Sequence record: SRR2962707_625
Direction: 5' to 3' (one strand)
Length of the DNA stretch: 41,612 nt
The notes under the pieces were generated by a model that ran no database searches, was not told where the DNA came from, and saw only the letters and a list, made by a program, of their open reading frames with translations. The translations under genes and the position numbers were made by a program. Shown here in pieces: positions 17,762 through 25,164 of the stretch (position 1 is the stretch's first letter; every line of letters begins with the position of its first letter).

Positions 17762-18106
17762 ATGAAAACACCTGTCATGCACAAACCGCTCGAGGTGACC
17801 GAAACCGTAGATTGGGGCGTCATCCCGACCATGATCGAGGGGGAATCGCGCGTCAGCGGCGTGGTTCTGCACAAGGGCCCAGGCGGTCAGTCCGAATGCG
17901 GATTGTGGATCTGCACGCCCGGCAAATGGGACTGTCACGTTACCAGCGACGAATTCTGCCATTTCCTCGAAGGCCGCTGCACCTATGTGCACGAAAGCGG
18001 TGACGTCATCGAGGTCACGCCTGACACGGCGGCATTTTTCCCCAAGGACTGGAAGGGCGTCTGCACCGTTCATGAGACCATCAAGAAGGTCTACATGATC
18101 CGATGA
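17762..18106 (+). CDS. Cupin (DUF861/Cupin_3, EutQ-like)
   Basis: GLWICTPGKW...DEFCHFLEG...FP.DW.G...KKVY; tandem paralog of the upstream cupin. Confidence 0.8.
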   Translation: MKTPVMHKPLEVTETVDWGVIPTMIEGESRVSGVVLHKGPGGQSECGLWICTPGKWDCHVTSDEFCHFLEGRCTYVHESGDVIEVTPDTAAFFPKDWKGVCTVHETIKKVYMIR

Positions 18107-19128
18107 GCATGGCGGGAACCCTTCCACGTCTGGAACCGCCGGCTGCGGTCTTTCTGGCACGGCACGGCCTTTCCGAGGCCGGGCTGGAGCCGTTGCCGAG
18201 CGATGCCTCGCCGCGCAGCTACTGCAGAGTGGTCGGGGAAGGGAAACTGTTGATGGAGGACCGTACCGATCCTGTCGGCTATGGCGCTTTTATCCGCCTT
18301 GCGCGCCATCTCAATTCCCTGGGGCTGAGTGCGCCGCGTATCTATGGCTCGGACCCGGCGGTGGGGCTTGCGCTGATCGAGGATTTTGGCGCTGGCACCT
18401 ACGGCAAGCTTCTTGCAGACGGCCATGACGAGACGGCACTCTACGAGCTGGCAATCGATGCGCTTGTGCGGCTGCACAGTCACCCCGATGCCTGCAACGT
18501 GATGGTGCCTGCCTATGATCTGGATATGCTGATCGAGGAGGTTTCCAGGTTTCCCCACTGGCTTGTGCCCGAGCTCGACGCAAAGATCGATATCGGGGAA
18601 TTCGATGCCGGTTTTTGCGCGCTGTGGCGAAAGGCGCTTGCGCCGCTTGACGACGCGCCGAAAACCCTGGTTCTGCGCGATTTTCATGTCGACAACCTGA
18701 TGCTGCTGGAAGACCGGCCAGGATTTGCCGCCTGCGGTCTGCTCGACTTCCAGGACGGTGTCGCAGGCGCTGCGGAATACGATCTGGCGTCGCTGTTGCA
18801 GGACGCGCGACGCGATCTTGCGCCGGGTCTCGAGCACGCAATGCTGGAGCGGTACCTGGCCGCTGCACCTGCTTTTTGTGGAACGCGGGAAGAGATCCTG
18901 CACCGCTATCACCTGCTTGCCGCACAACGTCACACCAGGCTGATGGGGCAGTTCGTGCGCCTGATGCGGCGTGACGGCAAAGCCGGCTATCTGACCTTCA
19001 TGCCCCGCGTGGCAAGCCAGGTGCAGAAAGCACTGACCGCGGCCGGCCTTGCCGGGATCGCGGATTATCTTGACACCGAGCTGCCCGGATGGCGCGACGC
19101 CGGCCGCAGGCTGGCCACTCTTTCCTGA
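18103..19128 (+). CDS. APH-fold phosphotransferase, AmgK-like (anomeric amino-sugar 1-kinase family)
   Basis: DASPRSY.R, EDFG, RDFHVDNLM, LDFQD, YDLASLLQDAR and QRH...G.F.RL..RDGK..Y motifs. Confidence 0.78.
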   Translation: MSMAGTLPRLEPPAAVFLARHGLSEAGLEPLPSDASPRSYCRVVGEGKLLMEDRTDPVGYGAFIRLARHLNSLGLSAPRIYGSDPAVGLALIEDFGAGTYGKLLADGHDETALYELAIDALVRLHSHPDACNVMVPAYDLDMLIEEVSRFPHWLVPELDAKIDIGEFDAGFCALWRKALAPLDDAPKTLVLRDFHVDNLMLLEDRPGFAACGLLDFQDGVAGAAEYDLASLLQDARRDLAPGLEHAMLERYLAAAPAFCGTREEILHRYHLLAAQRHTRLMGQFVRLMRRDGKAGYLTFMPRVASQVQKALTAAGLAGIADYLDTELPGWRDAGRRLATLS

Positions 19129-19138
19129 AGGAATTGTC

Positions 19139-20644
19139 ATGTTGGACATTCAAAACCCCTGTTATTTTCTGACCCCGGATTTCCTCGCCTCTACGGGGCA
19201 GGGAGAGGGTGTGATAGATCCTGCGACGCTTGATACGGTCGGCATCCGCGGCAGCGTCACGCCAGACGAGATCGAAACGGTTCTCGACCAGGTCAATCAG
19301 GCACAATCGGCCTGGAAGATCGTGGACGCGAAATCGCGCGCGAAGATACTCCACACGCTGGCCAATCGTATCGACGCGGCTGATTTTACCGAGTGCGCCA
19401 TCCTGATGAGCCGCGAGATGGGGAAACCCTATCCGGAGGCCATTGGCGAGATTGCCAATTGCGCACCTATCTTTCGCTACTATGCGGAAATGGCGCGCGA
19501 TGACGCCGGCAAGGTTGCCGGGACGACGCAGGCGGGATCGCTGCAATTCGCCAAATACGAGCCGCTCGGCGTGTCGGTTCACATCATGCCGTTCAACTTC
19601 CCGATCCTGCTGATGTGCTGGACGGTGGCGGCATCGCTGGCGGCCGGCAATGGCTGCGTGATCAAGCCCGCCGAAGCAACGACACTATCGACGCTTTCCT
19701 TCATGGAGATGTTTGCCGACCTGCCCGCGGGGCTCGTTGCCTGCCTGCCAGGCGGCGCTGATGTGGGCAAGGCGCTGGTCGCGAGCCGCAAGACCCATGC
19801 GGTTGCCTTTACCGGTTCGGTTGCGGCCGGGCAGGCGGTTGCCGCTGCGGCTGCTGCCCGGATGAAGCCCTCGGTGATTGAGGCCGGCGGCTCGGATCCG
19901 ATGATCATCACGGCACACGCGCCGATCGAGATAGCTGCCGCGGGGGCGGTGACCGGCGCCTTCCACATGTCGGGCCAGGTCTGCACCTCGACAGAGCGGC
20001 TCTATGTGGTCGATGGCGTCCACGACGCCTTTGTCGACGCCTTCAAGGCGGAGACCTTGCGGCTGCGCATCGGCAACGGGCTGGACAAGTCCGAGATCGG
20101 ACCACTGGTCAGCAAGGCTGCCCGCGACAAGGTGGAACGGCTGGTGGCCGATGCCGTGGCAAAGGGCGCCAAGGTTGTCTGCGGCGGCCGCGTTCCGCCG
20201 GAGCACAATGTCGGCTGGTTTTACGAGCCGACAATCCTGACGGGCTGCACAGCGGAAATGGACATCCTGCATGAGGAGTGCTTCGGGCCGGTCGCAGCGA
20301 TTGTCCGGGTACCCGATTTCGATGCGGCGGTCGCAGGCGCCAATGCATCGGAGTTCGGTCTGGGCGCCAGTGTCTTCACCACGTCGCTGGAAGAGGCGCA
20401 CGAAGCCCATGAACGGCTTGAGGCCGGTATGGTCTGGATCAACAATCCGATGATCGACAACGACGCGCTGCCCTTTGGCGGGTGGAAAAACTCAGGCCAG
20501 GGACGCGAACTTGGACGCATGGGCCTCGATACGTTCCGCCGCTCCAAGATGGTGATCCTCGATCACAAACCGGTTCGTCAGGACTGGTGGTATCCGTATC
20601 CCGACGACTGGTTCCTTGATGCGGGCGGACGCAAGATTTCCTGA
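19139..20644 (+). CDS. NAD(P)-dependent aldehyde dehydrogenase
   Basis: PFNFP, KPAE, FTGS, catalytic E in EAGG, catalytic C in GQVC, EECFGP and PFGGWK.SG.GRE. Confidence 0.9.
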   Translation: MLDIQNPCYFLTPDFLASTGQGEGVIDPATLDTVGIRGSVTPDEIETVLDQVNQAQSAWKIVDAKSRAKILHTLANRIDAADFTECAILMSREMGKPYPEAIGEIANCAPIFRYYAEMARDDAGKVAGTTQAGSLQFAKYEPLGVSVHIMPFNFPILLMCWTVAASLAAGNGCVIKPAEATTLSTLSFMEMFADLPAGLVACLPGGADVGKALVASRKTHAVAFTGSVAAGQAVAAAAAARMKPSVIEAGGSDPMIITAHAPIEIAAAGAVTGAFHMSGQVCTSTERLYVVDGVHDAFVDAFKAETLRLRIGNGLDKSEIGPLVSKAARDKVERLVADAVAKGAKVVCGGRVPPEHNVGWFYEPTILTGCTAEMDILHEECFGPVAAIVRVPDFDAAVAGANASEFGLGASVFTTSLEEAHEAHERLEAGMVWINNPMIDNDALPFGGWKNSGQGRELGRMGLDTFRRSKMVILDHKPVRQDWWYPYPDDWFLDAGGRKIS

Positions 20645-20659
20645 GACTGGAGACCACAG

Positions 20660-22141
20660 ATGCAGACGACGAAGCTTTACATTGATGGCGCGTTCGTCGC
20701 GCCGCGCGCTGGTGGAAGCCTGGAGGCGATCAACCCGGCCACCGAAACGACTTTCGCCCGGATTGCCGCAGGCGCGTCCGAGGATGTCGACCAAGCGGTG
20801 CGTGCCGCCCGACGGGCCTTTGATCTCGGGCCCTGGCCGCACATGCCCGCGGCTGAACGTGCGGCGGCGCTCAGGCGCATCGCTCAGGGCATCACCGACC
20901 GGCTGCCTGAAATCGCCGCAGCAGAAACCCGGGACAACGGCAAGCCGGTGCCTGAATCCGAGTGGGATGTGGGCGACGCTGCCTTCGTGTTCAGCTATTA
21001 CGCAGATCTGGCCGAGAGCCATGAAGCGGAAGGCGCGCAGTCCGTGGATCTTGGCGATGAGGCGTTTTCCAGCACGATCAGTACAGAACCGCTGGGTGTT
21101 GTCGGGGCCATCACGCCGTGGAATTTTCCCTTGCTGATGGCGGTCTGGAAAGTTGCTCCAGCACTGGCGGCGGGCTGCACCATCGTGCTCAAACCGTCTG
21201 AATTCTGTTCTGTCAGTTGCGCCCTGCTGGCTGAAATCATTGATGCCGCGGGCCTTCCTGCCGGCGTGTTCAATCTGGTTACCGGGACTGGGCCCGCGGC
21301 CGGTGCGCCGTTGGCGGATCATCCGCTGGTCGACAAGCTGGCTTTCACCGGCTCGGTGCCGACGGGGCGCAAGGTGATGACGGCGGCTGCAGCAGGCATT
21401 CGCACGGTTTCGCTCGAACTGGGTGGCAAGTCTCCCTTCATCATTTTTGATGATTGCGACATTGAAAAAGCAGTCGAATGGATCCTTTTCGGGGTGTTCT
21501 GGAACAAGGGTGAAGTGTGCTCGGCAACGTCGCGGGTGCTGGTTCAGCGCGGGCTCTACCCCAGGCTGATGGAACGGCTGGTCGAAGCCACTCAAGCAAT
21601 CACCATCGGACCGGGTGATGCCGAAGGCGTCAAGCTCGGGCCGCTGGTGTCGAAACAGCAATATGACAAGGTTCTCGCCGCGATCGAGGCAGGCAAGAAG
21701 ACGAATGCACGTCTGGTGACCGGCGGCGGACGGCCGTCCGGACTTGATACGGGCTATTACGTTGCGCCGACGATCTTTGCCGACGTGCCCACCGATGCTG
21801 CAATCTGGCGCGAGGAAATCTTTGGCCCGGTGGTCTGCGTAAACCCCTTCGACACGGAAGAGGACGCGCTGACGCTGGCCAATGACAGCCCTTATGGGCT
21901 GGCCGGGGCCGTGATGTCGGATGATCTCGAGTGCTGTGAACGGGTGGCTTCGAAACTGCGCGCCGGGATCATCTGGATTAATTGCTCGCAGCCTACCTTC
22001 ACCCAGGTGCCGTGGGGCGGTTACAAATCCTCCGGCATCGGGCGGGAGCTCGGAACATCAGGCTTCATGGGTTTTAGGGAGATCAAGCAGATCACCCGCT
22101 ACGACAATACGCGAAGCTGGGGCTGGTACCTCACATCATGA
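20660..22141 (+). CDS. Aldehyde dehydrogenase, aminoaldehyde/betaine-aldehyde (ALDH10-like) type
   Basis: PWNFP, FTGS, ELGGKSP, FWN.GEVCSATSR, WINCSQP and a C-terminal WGWY, as in ALDH10-family enzymes. Confidence 0.88.
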   Translation: MQTTKLYIDGAFVAPRAGGSLEAINPATETTFARIAAGASEDVDQAVRAARRAFDLGPWPHMPAAERAAALRRIAQGITDRLPEIAAAETRDNGKPVPESEWDVGDAAFVFSYYADLAESHEAEGAQSVDLGDEAFSSTISTEPLGVVGAITPWNFPLLMAVWKVAPALAAGCTIVLKPSEFCSVSCALLAEIIDAAGLPAGVFNLVTGTGPAAGAPLADHPLVDKLAFTGSVPTGRKVMTAAAAGIRTVSLELGGKSPFIIFDDCDIEKAVEWILFGVFWNKGEVCSATSRVLVQRGLYPRLMERLVEATQAITIGPGDAEGVKLGPLVSKQQYDKVLAAIEAGKKTNARLVTGGGRPSGLDTGYYVAPTIFADVPTDAAIWREEIFGPVVCVNPFDTEEDALTLANDSPYGLAGAVMSDDLECCERVASKLRAGIIWINCSQPTFTQVPWGGYKSSGIGRELGTSGFMGFREIKQITRYDNTRSWGWYLTS

Positions 22142-23520
22142 TAGCGGCACTGTCCAACACAATCCCCGAACCCTACTGGAGCAGCGACGTCGAAGCCGCA
22201 CCGGCCTGTGCTGCGCTGGCGTCTGACCTGTCGTGCGATCTGGCGATTGTCGGCGGTGGTTTTACCGGTCTCTGGTCGGCGCTCAAGGCAAAAGAACAAC
22301 AGCCTGATGCGCATATTGTGCTGCTGGAGGCCGGGCGCTGCGGCAAGGATGCCAGCGGCCGCACCGGCGGATTTTGCGCGCCATCGATTTCGCATGGCGT
22401 CTCAAACGCTCTTGACCGGCACCCGGGCGAAGCGGAAACCCTGATCCGTCTCGGTCGGCAAAATCTTGCGGAGTATGAGCGGGATCTGGACGTTCACGGT
22501 CTTGATGCCGGATTCAAATTGTCAGGCAAGCTCAATGTCGCGGCCACCCCATGGCAGGTTCAAGGGCTTGAGGCGATGGCGCGAAACTACGAACGCTTCG
22601 GGATCGAGTGCGAGTTTTTATCGGGCAATGCGCTGAAGGAAAAACTCGACAGTCCGGTATATGTGGCGGGCCTGTTCGAGCCAAATTACGCGTTGATCCA
22701 TCCGGCGAAAACCGTCAATGAATTGCGGCGGGTCTGTCTCGCCAAGGGCGTTGAGATATTTGAAGGCACGCCTGTTTCGGGTCTATCCCGTGACGGGAAG
22801 GGGATTGCATTGCGAACGCCTCAGGCCCGGGTCAAGGCGACCAAGGTGATCCTGGCAACCAATGCTGCCGTGCCTTTGCTGAACAGGCTGAAGTCGGCCT
22901 TCATACCGATTTACGACTATTCGATCGTCACCGAACCTCTCAGTGAAACGCAATGGGCGGGCATCGGCTGGAGCGGGGATTACGGCATCGCTGACAGCGG
23001 CAACCAGTTTCACTATTTCCGCAAGACGCCGGATGGACGGATGCTGTGGGCCGGATACGACGCGATCTATCACTATGGCAGCAATCGCGACGCCGCCAAT
23101 TTGCAACGCGACGAAAGCTTCGAGCGATTGGCCGGCCAGTTTGCAGCAACATTCCCAAGTCTTGGCAATGTTGCATTTTCCCACGCCTGGGGTGGTATCA
23201 TCGATACCTCCGCGCGGACGACATTCTTCGCCGGCACCGCCTATCGCGGACAGCTTGCCTACGCAATGGGGTTCACCGGGCAGGGGGTGTCGGCGAGCCG
23301 CTTTGCCGCACTGACCATGCTGGACCTGCTTGAGGACAGGGACACCGAGCGTACACGGTTGAAAATGCCGCGGCGCTGGCCTGTGCCATTCCCGCCCGAG
23401 CCGGTGCGCAGCCTGGCGGTTCGGATGGCACAGAAGGGTCTTGCGCAAGAAGATCTGACCGGCCGCCGACCGGCCCTTTTACGACTTCTCGATGCGCTGG
23501 GCATCGGCTTTGCCTCCTGA
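22138..23520 (+). CDS. FAD-dependent amine oxidoreductase (PuuB/OrdL-like, DAO/DadA superfamily)
   Basis: GGGFTGLW dinucleotide-binding motif, ASGR.GGF, TEPL, FHYFR.TPD.R, WGG and G.TG.GV.ASRF; polyamine-transporter context. Confidence 0.82.
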   Translation: MIAALSNTIPEPYWSSDVEAAPACAALASDLSCDLAIVGGGFTGLWSALKAKEQQPDAHIVLLEAGRCGKDASGRTGGFCAPSISHGVSNALDRHPGEAETLIRLGRQNLAEYERDLDVHGLDAGFKLSGKLNVAATPWQVQGLEAMARNYERFGIECEFLSGNALKEKLDSPVYVAGLFEPNYALIHPAKTVNELRRVCLAKGVEIFEGTPVSGLSRDGKGIALRTPQARVKATKVILATNAAVPLLNRLKSAFIPIYDYSIVTEPLSETQWAGIGWSGDYGIADSGNQFHYFRKTPDGRMLWAGYDAIYHYGSNRDAANLQRDESFERLAGQFAATFPSLGNVAFSHAWGGIIDTSARTTFFAGTAYRGQLAYAMGFTGQGVSASRFAALTMLDLLEDRDTERTRLKMPRRWPVPFPPEPVRSLAVRMAQKGLAQEDLTGRRPALLRLLDALGIGFAS

Positions 23521-23529
23521 GAGATTCCC

Positions 23530-23910
23530 ATGACAAAATCCACACCTGATCAGCCCGCGCATGTCATTGCCTTTGACACCAGTGGGCCAGCACGCGAGAG
23601 CCGCGTTGATGATCCCGCACTGGTGGACGTGCCCTATACTTCCAGGAGCTGGCGCTGTTTCGGGTCCGCAGATGGCCGCGCGCTGAGCGGTATCTGGGAG
23701 GCGGGGCCGCATCAGGAGAGGTGCAGTTGCGATTTCGATGAGATGTGCCATATCGTTGAAGGGCAGGTGCGCCTGACCGACGCCTCGGGCACCGCGCAAG
23801 TTTTCGGACCAGGCGACAGTTTTGTTGTCGCTGCCGGATTTCAGGGAACCTGGGAAAACCTCAGCTTCGTCCGCAAGGTCTATTTCATTCTAGGCAGCAA
23901 GCCAGAGTAG
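23530..23910 (+). CDS. Cupin (DUF861/Cupin_3)
   Basis: SGIWEA.P...DEMCHIVEG.V...GDSFV..AGF.GTW...RKVY. Confidence 0.8.
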   Translation: MTKSTPDQPAHVIAFDTSGPARESRVDDPALVDVPYTSRSWRCFGSADGRALSGIWEAGPHQERCSCDFDEMCHIVEGQVRLTDASGTAQVFGPGDSFVVAAGFQGTWENLSFVRKVYFILGSKPE

Positions 23911-23917
23911 ACCCTCA

Positions 23918-23943
23918 GCCACTCCGCCTGTGATCGGGGTGGC
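23918..23943 (+). terminator. Stem-loop at the end of the polyamine-type operon
   Basis: GCCACTCCG/CGGGGTGGC 9-bp stem with one G-U pair; no U-tract. Confidence 0.35.
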
Positions 23944-24028
23944 AGCAACAATTTCAGACCTGCAATAATCTTTGAGCCGCATGTCACCCGGAATGACTGC
24001 GGCTGAGCGACGCATAATGTCTGTTTAC

Positions 24029-24051
24029 AAAAATAATATAGTATGATTTTT
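24029..24051. promoter_or_regulatory. Candidate FadR/GntR operator upstream of ytfQ
   Basis: AT-rich dyad AAAAATAATA-TAG-TATGATTTTT (9 of 10 positions symmetric), about 40 bp before the start codon. Confidence 0.4.
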
Positions 24052-24089
24052 TAGAAATCGGGCAGGAGCCCTGATTTTGGGAGGAAAAT

Positions 24090-25052
24090 ATGATTTCGAA
24101 GAAAGCTCTAGTTGGGGCGGGTATACTCGCGTCCATGCTAATGATGTCGTCCAGTGTTCTGGCGCAGACCGTCGGTTTTTCGCAGATCGGATCCGAGTCC
24201 GGATGGCGGGCGGCTGAAACCACTCTGACGCTGCAGCAGGCCAAGGATCGCGGCATTGATCTGAAGTTCGCCGATGCGCAGCAGAAGCAGGAAAACCAGA
24301 TCAAGGCGCTGCGGTCGTTCATTGCGCAGGGCGTCGACGCCATCCTGATTGCACCGGTTGTCGCAACCGGTTGGGACTCCGTGCTGGAAGAAGCCAAGGA
24401 AGCCGAAATTCCGGTGATCCTTCTCGACCGCATGGTGGATTCATCCAAGGATCTGTACCTGACAGCAGTCGGCTCCGACCTGGTTCATGAGGGCAGCGTT
24501 GCCGGCCAGTGGCTGGTTGATGAGCTTGCCGGCAAGGATTGCAATGTTGTCGAGTTGCAGGGCACGACCGGCTCTTCGCCGGCGATCGACCGCAAGAACG
24601 GCTTCGAACAGGCGATCAGCGGCCATGCCAATGTCAAACTGATCCGCAGCCAGACCGGTGATTTCACCCGCACCAAGGGCAAGGAAGTCATGGAAAGCTT
24701 CCTCAAGGCCGAGGACAGCGGCAAGAACATCTGTGCGCTCTATGCGCACAATGATGACATGGCCGTCGGCGCCATCCAGGCGATCAAGGAAGCCGGCCTG
24801 AAGCCGGGTGAAGACATCCTGGTGGTTTCGATCGATGCTGTTCCTGATATCTTCCAGGCAATGGCCGCAGGTGAGGCCAACGCAACGGTTGAACTGACCC
24901 CGAACATGGCCGGTCCGGCATTTGATGCGCTGGCCGCCTACATGAAGGACGGCACCATGCCGCCGAAGTTCATCCAGACAGAGTCCAAGCTCTACACCAA
25001 GGCCGACGATCCGCAGGCCGTGTACGAGCAGAAAAAAGATCTCGGATACTGA
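24090..25052 (+). CDS. ytfQ: Galactofuranose-type sugar ABC transporter substrate-binding protein
   Basis: TVGFSQIGSESGWRAAET, QQKQENQIKA.RSFIAQGVDAI and ELTPNMAGPAFDAL are characteristic of YtfQ. Confidence 0.88.
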   Translation: MISKKALVGAGILASMLMMSSSVLAQTVGFSQIGSESGWRAAETTLTLQQAKDRGIDLKFADAQQKQENQIKALRSFIAQGVDAILIAPVVATGWDSVLEEAKEAEIPVILLDRMVDSSKDLYLTAVGSDLVHEGSVAGQWLVDELAGKDCNVVELQGTTGSSPAIDRKNGFEQAISGHANVKLIRSQTGDFTRTKGKEVMESFLKAEDSGKNICALYAHNDDMAVGAIQAIKEAGLKPGEDILVVSIDAVPDIFQAMAAGEANATVELTPNMAGPAFDALAAYMKDGTMPPKFIQTESKLYTKADDPQAVYEQKKDLGY

Positions 25053-25064
25053 GATCAGTCAAAT

Positions 25065-25095
25065 GGCGGCCGGGGTACTCTCCGGCCGCCTTTTT
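25065..25095 (+). terminator. Rho-independent terminator-like hairpin after ytfQ
   Basis: GGCGGCCGG/CCGGCCGCC stem followed by TTTTT. Confidence 0.7.
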
Positions 25096-25164
25096 GGCTC
25101 TGGACCTGATGTGGCATAGTCTGCGCACAGGGGATGATGATGTCACTTAAATCGGGAGGCCCAG

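Noticed and set aside
18103-19128. Aminoglycoside-resistance phosphotransferase
   Set aside because: It has the APH fold, but the specific motifs are AmgK-like and the context is catabolic. There is no support for a resistance call.
20492-21661. 389-aa minus-strand ORF (likewise 12204-13226, 18091-19149, 27926-29020, 31091-32086 and 35585-36448)
   Set aside because: All lie antisense to well-supported genes and have shadow-ORF composition.
20660-22141. Assigning the symbol betB
   Set aside because: There is no betA/betI/choline context. Aminoaldehyde specificity is at least as likely, so no symbol is given.
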